Assembly (NCBI GenBank): GCA_977018835.1
Contig: OZ361259.1
Span: 2,852,001 to 2,916,000, forward strand
Direction: 5' to 3'
DNA: 64,000 bases
From: Minutocellus sp. GHC0000111
Taxonomy: Eukaryota
The notes beneath the pieces are model-generated. The model did no database searches. It saw only the letters and a program-made list of their open reading frames with translations, and was not told where the DNA came from. Below, piece by piece: positions 57,763 to 64,000 of the stretch; the stretch's first letter is position 1, and every line of letters starts with the position of its first letter. The translations under genes were made by a program, and so were the position numbers.

Positions 57763-60050
57763 ATGATTCGATTTGCATCCTCGTCGAACACTGCTGCCTA
57801 CGCCTCCCTATCATCGAGGGTTGCCTACGCCTCCTCCAAGGTGTCAACGTCGTCTGCGTCTGCGACATGCAGCCGTCGTGGTCTTCAAACCGTCTCTCTT
57901 CAGCTCGATTACTACATGTCGGCGCAGTTTGCTGGTGTCGCATCGGCCCTTACCAACAACATGTACGAGAAGGCCGGCATCGATCTGCAATTTCTCCCCA
58001 TTTGTCCAGTTGGACTGGAAATGGAACGAGTCCGCCAGGCCACCACCGAGGATAAGGTCACCCTCGGCTCCGTGGAGTAGAACATCTTCATACCAACCCT
58101 CTACAACGACCCATCCCTCAAGCTCAAGGCTATGGCGGCCATGTTCCGCCGCACTCCGCTTTGTCTGGCTGCGCTGGATGGTGAGCAATCGGATAGTGGA
58201 GAGATTGTCGTAGGAGCCCACGAGGATACCGTATCTCTCATCCAGAGAATTTTGTCGGCCGGTACCGAAGATCGCAAGTACTCAGTGATTGCCAGCCCTC
58301 GCGCGAGCAAGAACACAGACCTCATGTCGGGAAAGCTGGGTGCCATCCAAGCTTATCTCACGACGGAGGTCCCGACTCTTGAACAAAAGCTTCGAGACTC
58401 TGGGGATGCCACGTCTCGCATCGTTGCTCCACCCCTCGAGGGAATGAATGGAGCAAAGTTGGGATACTCGCAGCTGCTCTTTGCCCCCGAGGAGGATTTG
58501 GTATCCGACGAAAAGCGGGAGGTTGTGCAGGCCTTTCTAGACGTTACCTTCAAGGGCTGGGAAATGGCAATCCGTGATAATGAAGCCGCCGCAGATGCCG
58601 TCGATGAGGCCAAGTCAATGTTGTCGCTTGATGACGAGTCCAATGATCATTGGGACAAGTCTCGCACGTATGCCGTTCAGAATGTGGGCCTGTGTTGTGA
58701 CTTGGTGAAAGAGACCTACCAAGGTGACCGATATGGCGTCCTCAGTGCTGAGCGATTCAATGAGGCCACAGAGTGGCTTCTCGACGACAAGACACCGCCC
58801 ACCGAGGACTTTGGCCTCGATGCCACTATTTGGCAGCCCTCTCCGAAGCTACTTGCTGGCGGCGAGCTAGGTCGCAAGACACTGGAGGAGGCTCGGAGGT
58901 CAGCTGAGCTCTTTGCATCCGTTCATGGCCGCAAGCCCTCGCTAGCTGTCATCACCGTTGGTGAGTTGAGCCGCTATACTCACGGGGATCGTCGCCTCGA
59001 CATCTACAGCAACGGTCTACTGTCGTGGTTCTCGAAAGGTTCGGCAGGCACCGCCAATGGATTTGAAGTCAAGGAAATTGATCTGCCCAAAACCACCACC
59101 ACGGATGAGCTCCTCAGTCAGATCTACTCCCTCAAAGAGTATGATGGCATCCAGCTGATGTGGCCACTCCCATCGCACATCGATGCGCCGCTTTGCTACA
59201 ATGCCATCGAGGTGAGCCGCGACGTCGATGGTGCGCACTATCTCGGCCAAATGGAGCTTGATCCCAAAAATGCATCTCCGATGCCTCCGGTGACACCCGC
59301 GGCAGCAATCGAGCTGGTCGAAGAGTATGGCATTTCTCTCAACAACAAGTTTGTTCTTGTAGTTGGTCGCAGCCGTATCGTTGGCGCTCCTTTGGCTTAC
59401 ATGGTAAACAGAAGTGGCGGCATCGTTACCGTCGCCCACTCCGAGGTTTCAACCGACAACCTCAAGGCTCTTGTGGAAAATGCCGACGTCATCTTTGCCT
59501 GTGCTGGATCTCCTGGCCTTCTCAAGACAAGTTGGGTCAAGCCCGGTGCTGACATTATTAACGTCGGTACGACGTTCGATGAACAGAAGGATGCCCTTGT
59601 TTCGGACTTTGATGGTGGCGACCTTGATGCTGTCGCGAAAAGGTACAGCCCTGTCCCTGGGGGCATTGGGCCTCTGAGTAATGGTTTCCTCTTTAAAAAC
59701 GTCGCTGCCGCTGCCTGGAAGAGGGCCCAAACAACTGGAGGTGTCGATGACACATGGGACCGTACCAGTGGCACCATTGAGCGAACCTTTCACTTCAAGA
59801 ATTATGACGCGGCTCTAGACTTGTCAATGAGGTCAACTCAATGTCGAGAGATCTTGACCATCATGCCAACATGACGCTAAAGCATGAGTGCGTCGATGGA
59901 GTAAATGTAACTCTGTCCTTCTTCACCTATGAGGCCAACGAGATCACCGAGAAAGACTACATCGCCGCCAAGATGGTTAATGATATCGCAGCAAGCATGG
60001 AGAAAAATGAAAAGTCACCTGTGGGATTTGTAAGATCCTCTAACTTTTAG
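57763..60050 (+). pseudogene. NMT1/THI5-like binding domain - FolD-like (methylene-THF dehydrogenase/cyclohydrolase) - pterin-4a-carbinolamine dehydratase fusion with mitochondrial-type presequence; disrupted
   Basis: NMT1-like VSLQLDYYMSAQFAG...YEKAGIDL; FolD WPLPSHID, RDVDG, PVTP, VVGRSRIVGAPL and PVPGGIGP; PCD ERTFHFKNY...LDHHANM. Lesions are an in-frame TAG at 58078-58080 and -1 T at 59821-22. Confidence 0.82.
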
Positions 60051-60366
60051 ACACTCTTATGCGATACCCTCCTATCACCTGTGGAATTCTTTGTTCAAGA
60101 TATATATATATATATATATTATATATAAAGAGATACGGTATGTAGATCTGCCGATACATGTAGAGATACAGATCTAGATCTACATGTAGATCTACTGTAG
60201 CTCATCATTGACCAGTGCTGTGCGGCTGGCGATGTGGCCGTGCGTCGGTCGACGGAAAGGCGGATGATTTGCTTGTGTTCATTTTCTATTTCTGGTCATG
60301 CTCGTTCTGGTCACTGCTTGTAGTCGTGTAGTGTTTTACTACTACTCGTGCGCGTAGTGGCCGCGA

Positions 60367-61653
60367 ATGATTCAGCGTTCTCTCCTCCTTTCGGCCGTCG
60401 ATAGAGAATATTGCTCGCCTGCCATTCTGCCGCTTTCAAGAGCCGTCGGCTCCGCTACATACTGTAGCTGTGAGCCCCCGAGCCATCGTCACCTCACACA
60501 GCGGTACCAATCCATACCCCATTGTCGGCTCCTGTTCGCCATGTGCCGATCGAACAATCCAAGGCCCACATGTTTTTTCAGAAGGGCGAAGGAGACGAAG
60601 ATGTCGCAGGAGTGATGTTGCATGGACACTGGGTCCAAAATCTTTTGCGTCGTCGTCGTCCTCGTCACCAAAATCAGCGGAAGAAAATGACACATCGCCG
60701 ACGTCTCCACTGCCCAAAGCAGACACCAGCAAGACCGTCCACATTGACCATCCACCATCGGCATTTGTTGATCCACTTCCAAAAGTCCTCCAGCCCTACG
60801 CGCGCTTGGCGAGACTGGACAAGCCCATCGGTACGATGTTGCTCTTGTGGCCGTGCTGCTGGTCGACGGCATTAGCCGCCCAGCGGGTTCTCTGCCTGAC
60901 GCCAAGCTCCTTGCCTTGTTCGCGACGGGATCATTTGTTATGCGGGGTGCAGGCTGCACGATCAACGATATGTGGGATGCCGACTTTGATAAGAGCGTGG
61001 CACGGACGAAAACTCGCCCATTGGCCAGCGGAGAGTTGACTCACACACAGGCTCTCGGATTCCTAGCGGCGCAATTGACGACTGGTTTGGGCGTTCTGCT
61101 GTCCTTGCCTCATACTTCGTACACCTTTCAGGTTGGCGCAGCCAGCCTACCCCTCGTTGTGGCATATCCGCTCATGAAGCGCTATACCAACTGGCCTCAG
61201 CTTGTGCTTGGCATGACGTTCAATTGGGGTGCACTCGTCGGTTGGGCCAGTGTCCACGGTGACATCGATTGGACTGTCATCGGTCCGTAATATGCCAGTG
61301 GTATTGCCTGGACTCTAGTTTATGACACACTTTATGCGCATCAAGATAAGGTCGATGACAGCAAGCTCGGATTAAAGTCCACGGCACTACACTTTGCCGA
61401 CAATACCAAGCCCATACTGCACGGATTCTCGGCGTTGGCGGCGGTAAACTGGATGGCGGCAGGTTATGCTCTTGGATTGACCTCCCCCCTGTACTAAGGA
61501 GGATGTGCAGCGGCGTACTCACATTTGGCCTGGCAGGTCCACACGGCAGACCTAGACGACCCGTCCAATCTTGCCGAACGATTCAAGAGCAACAATCAAG
61601 TTGGAGCTCTCGTGTTTGCAACTTGTGTGGCAGGAAATTTGCTTGCTGCATGA
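60367..61653 (+). pseudogene. COQ2: 4-hydroxybenzoate polyprenyltransferase (UbiA family), mitochondrial; disrupted
   Basis: Motifs [54 protein letters not shown] and YDTLYAHQDKVDD. Lesions are frameshifts in the presequence and at 60879-81, plus TAA at 61288-90 and 61495-97. Confidence 0.9.
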
Positions 61654-62154
61654 TGATGACTCACTCCTCGTCTCAACTCTCGACCGAATTCTAGATCTGC
61701 TAATATAGATCTACCAGTCTACAGTCTACTACACGCAGTCCTCTAGATCTAGGGAGATCTAAAATGTAGAGCCACACGCGTACCGGTACATCTACATGAA
61801 GGTACATGTACGTCACATGATGAAGCAATTGCATGAGACGGCCACACGTACTAGACTAGCTACGTACGTACCTAGGTACCTTTAGCCTCGTACAGGTTAT
61901 GAGCTGAGCAGAGCTTTCTTACCCACCCCCAGACGATAGACCCGGCGCCGCGTCATGTTGAGCGGCTTGTCGATGGATACGGCCGTCGCCCTGCCGCAAC
62001 CGCGCACCCCCACGGACATAACATCAATATCTACTGCCATACTCCTAGTAACTAGCTAGGGCCTAGCGAGTGTTTCATTCGACGAGAGGAGTGGAGGAAC
62101 CAGCGCCGTGCAACAACCAAACAAGGAGGTGCCGACATACCTCGTACATCTGAG

Positions 62155-64000
62155 ATGGCCGACGCATCCCTCTCGACGCTGGTTTCTTACCCGGCCCTCA
62201 TCCCGTACGAGGAGGCGCTGGAGAAGAACCCATACGATGTCAAGGGGTGGACGGGTTATCTGGCCGAGATCGATGAGGCACTGGACGTCTTGGGCGAGAA
62301 ATTCGACGACCTGGTGCGGGGTAGAAGCACCGGCAGCGGCGCCGGGAGTAAAAAGAAAGGCAGGAACGCTGCGTCGTCGGTCGAAGTCGGTGGTCGGACC
62401 ATTCGTCTGGATGCCGTCGCCGCCGGCAGCGGCGATAGCAGTGGGCCGGTGTATATTCTTACCAGGGAAATCAGGGCGTTGCAAAGTGCGCGGAATCAGG
62501 TGTCGGAGAGGGCTCTGAGCCTCCTCCCGGGCTCGTACAAGCTCTGGTGGGATTACCTACAATTTCGCAGCGATGTGCAGTCGGGTGGTACCGTCCGTGG
62601 TGGGGATTCCGTCGCCCCGACGGGTGGGCCCAATCCGGACCAAGCACTGGCTTCTTCCGATGCTCATCAGGCCTACCGCGCCACCGTGTCGGCCTACGAG
62701 CGCTCCCTCGTCCGGTGCAACAAGTATCCGCGCATATGGCTGTCTTACATTTCCTACGTGATCCGATTCGATCCGACGTGTAACCCAACCAACGTCCGCC
62801 GATTATTTGATCGATGCCTCCTTGCATTGCCGGCGACACAGCACCAGAAGGTATGGGATGAGTATTTGTGCTGGGCCACATGTTCGATGCCCCCGTGGTT
62901 GGAGAGGAGCAACGTGGGGAGGGATATGCTTGGCCCAGTCTGCTCTCTGCTCAAGAAGGGCAAACTTTACGATGCTGCCGGCAGCGATCACGATGACGTC
63001 CATGACAAAGCAATACCTCCTGAAACTATTCTGCGCATCGTTCGACGATATGTTCGCTCCTTCGATCCCTCGGCGAGGGAGCTGCTCGCCGACCTATGTC
63101 TTCAGCACGAGCGCTGGGGGGAGGGTGCCGTTACGCTGGTTTCCATCCTCAACGATGCGGGGTACTTGAGTCCTCGGGGAACGACGCGGCACGAGATGTG
63201 GCTTCGCTTTGCTGAGGTGGCTACCGAACATCCTCTCGAGGTACGAAGGGCGGGAGTGGACTTCAACTCCATCGTCAGAGCGGCCATAGGGGGGTCAGCT
63301 AGTGGTGCCACCGCCGCGGATGGGTGGGAGGTGTTTGATCATTTGCCCTCCAAAGAGGAGCCCGGTGGTGGCGTCGCAGCTCAGTCGTCGAAAGACGGTG
63401 CCGAGAATGGAGCTGATGCGTCCTCCAATGCCGATGGCAGTGGTGGTGGGGCCACGCGCAGTACCACAAGCCCGTCGAATCTTGCCAATCTAGGGGAATT
63501 GGAAGGAACGTTATGGACCAAGCTCGCCAACTATCACATCAATTCCGGTGAGTTTGAGCTGGCAAGAAGTATTTATGAGGAAGCAATGGAATCGGTATCC
63601 AGAGTGCGAGACTTCAGTCTCATCTTTGACGAGTATATGAAATTTGAGGAGGGCGTCGTTGAGGCGATGATGGAGCTCATGGAGGAGGAAGGGGAGGGTG
63701 GTGAGGACGGAGGGGGTTCGAATGCGGATTGCGAAGAAGGCTCTAATTCCTTGGAAACAGATGGAGGCGGCTTCGATGAAGACTATGACATTCTCCTTGG
63801 TGATTCCTATGCAAAGAATCGTCCAAGACCACTCGTTGACGACGTCGACGATGACGATTCACCCGCTTCGGCCGATATCGAATTGGCTCTGGCCAGAGCG
63901 GAGAATCTAACGTCTCGAAGACCGATATTGCTCAATCGCGTCCTTTTGAGACAAAATCCTCACAATGTTGGCGAATGGACCAAACGATCGACGCTCTATC
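62155..64000 (+). CDS. SYF1: Pre-mRNA-splicing factor SYF1/XAB2 (HAT repeats), runs off the window end
   Basis: PYEEALEKNPYDVKGW, ERALSLLPGSYKLW and RRPILLNRVLLRQNPHNVGEW are all in one frame from ATG 62155. Confidence 0.92.
   Translation, partial: MADASLSTLVSYPALIPYEEALEKNPYDVKGWTGYLAEIDEALDVLGEKFDDLVRGRSTGSGAGSKKKGRNAASSVEVGGRTIRLDAVAAGSGDSSGPVYILTREIRALQSARNQVSERALSLLPGSYKLWWDYLQFRSDVQSGGTVRGGDSVAPTGGPNPDQALASSDAHQAYRATVSAYERSLVRCNKYPRIWLSYISYVIRFDPTCNPTNVRRLFDRCLLALPATQHQKVWDEYLCWATCSMPPWLERSNVGRDMLGPVCSLLKKGKLYDAAGSDHDDVHDKAIPPETILRIVRRYVRSFDPSARELLADLCLQHERWGEGAVTLVSILNDAGYLSPRGTTRHEMWLRFAEVATEHPLEVRRAGVDFNSIVRAAIGGSASGATAADGWEVFDHLPSKEEPGGGVAAQSSKDGAENGADASSNADGSGGGATRSTTSPSNLANLGELEGTLWTKLANYHINSGEFELARSIYEEAMESVSRVRDFSLIFDEYMKFEEGVVEAMMELMEEEGEGGEDGGGSNADCEEGSNSLETDGGGFDEDYDILLGDSYAKNRPRPLVDDVDDDDSPASADIELALARAENLTSRRPILLNRVLLRQNPHNVGEWTKRSTLY

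Overview
Eukaryotic nuclear DNA, most likely a diatom: GT-AG introns, a frustulin repeat, a DUF6824 protein, bipartite plastid pre-sequences and a CoDi-like copia element all point that way. The window holds about 22 host genes. A transposon-rich island at about 15.9-28.8 kb contains a DD39D mariner with 28-bp TIRs, a truncated copia element and a Chapaev/CMC-like relic, bracketed by a local segmental duplication. Four observations stand out. (1) The copia gag and pol are in one frame, separated by a single UGA that is followed immediately by a ~75-nt extended hairpin, a candidate programmed readthrough cassette. (2) Eight genes carry disabling lesions (seven of them 2-4 each), while about 20 kb of neighbouring CDS (CHD remodeller, SYF1, PP2C and others) is clean, suggesting real gene-by-gene decay of a redundant haplotype or homeolog rather than random error. 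(3) Several fusions are unusual: NMT1/THI5-like-FolD-PCD, frustulin-alpha-CA lacking the His triad, and KIX-RING-Sel1-Ubl-TAZ. (4) Intergenic DNA is dense in TA-NN-N'N'-TA palindromes resembling mariner footprints. All calls come from reading motifs by eye; no database searches were run.
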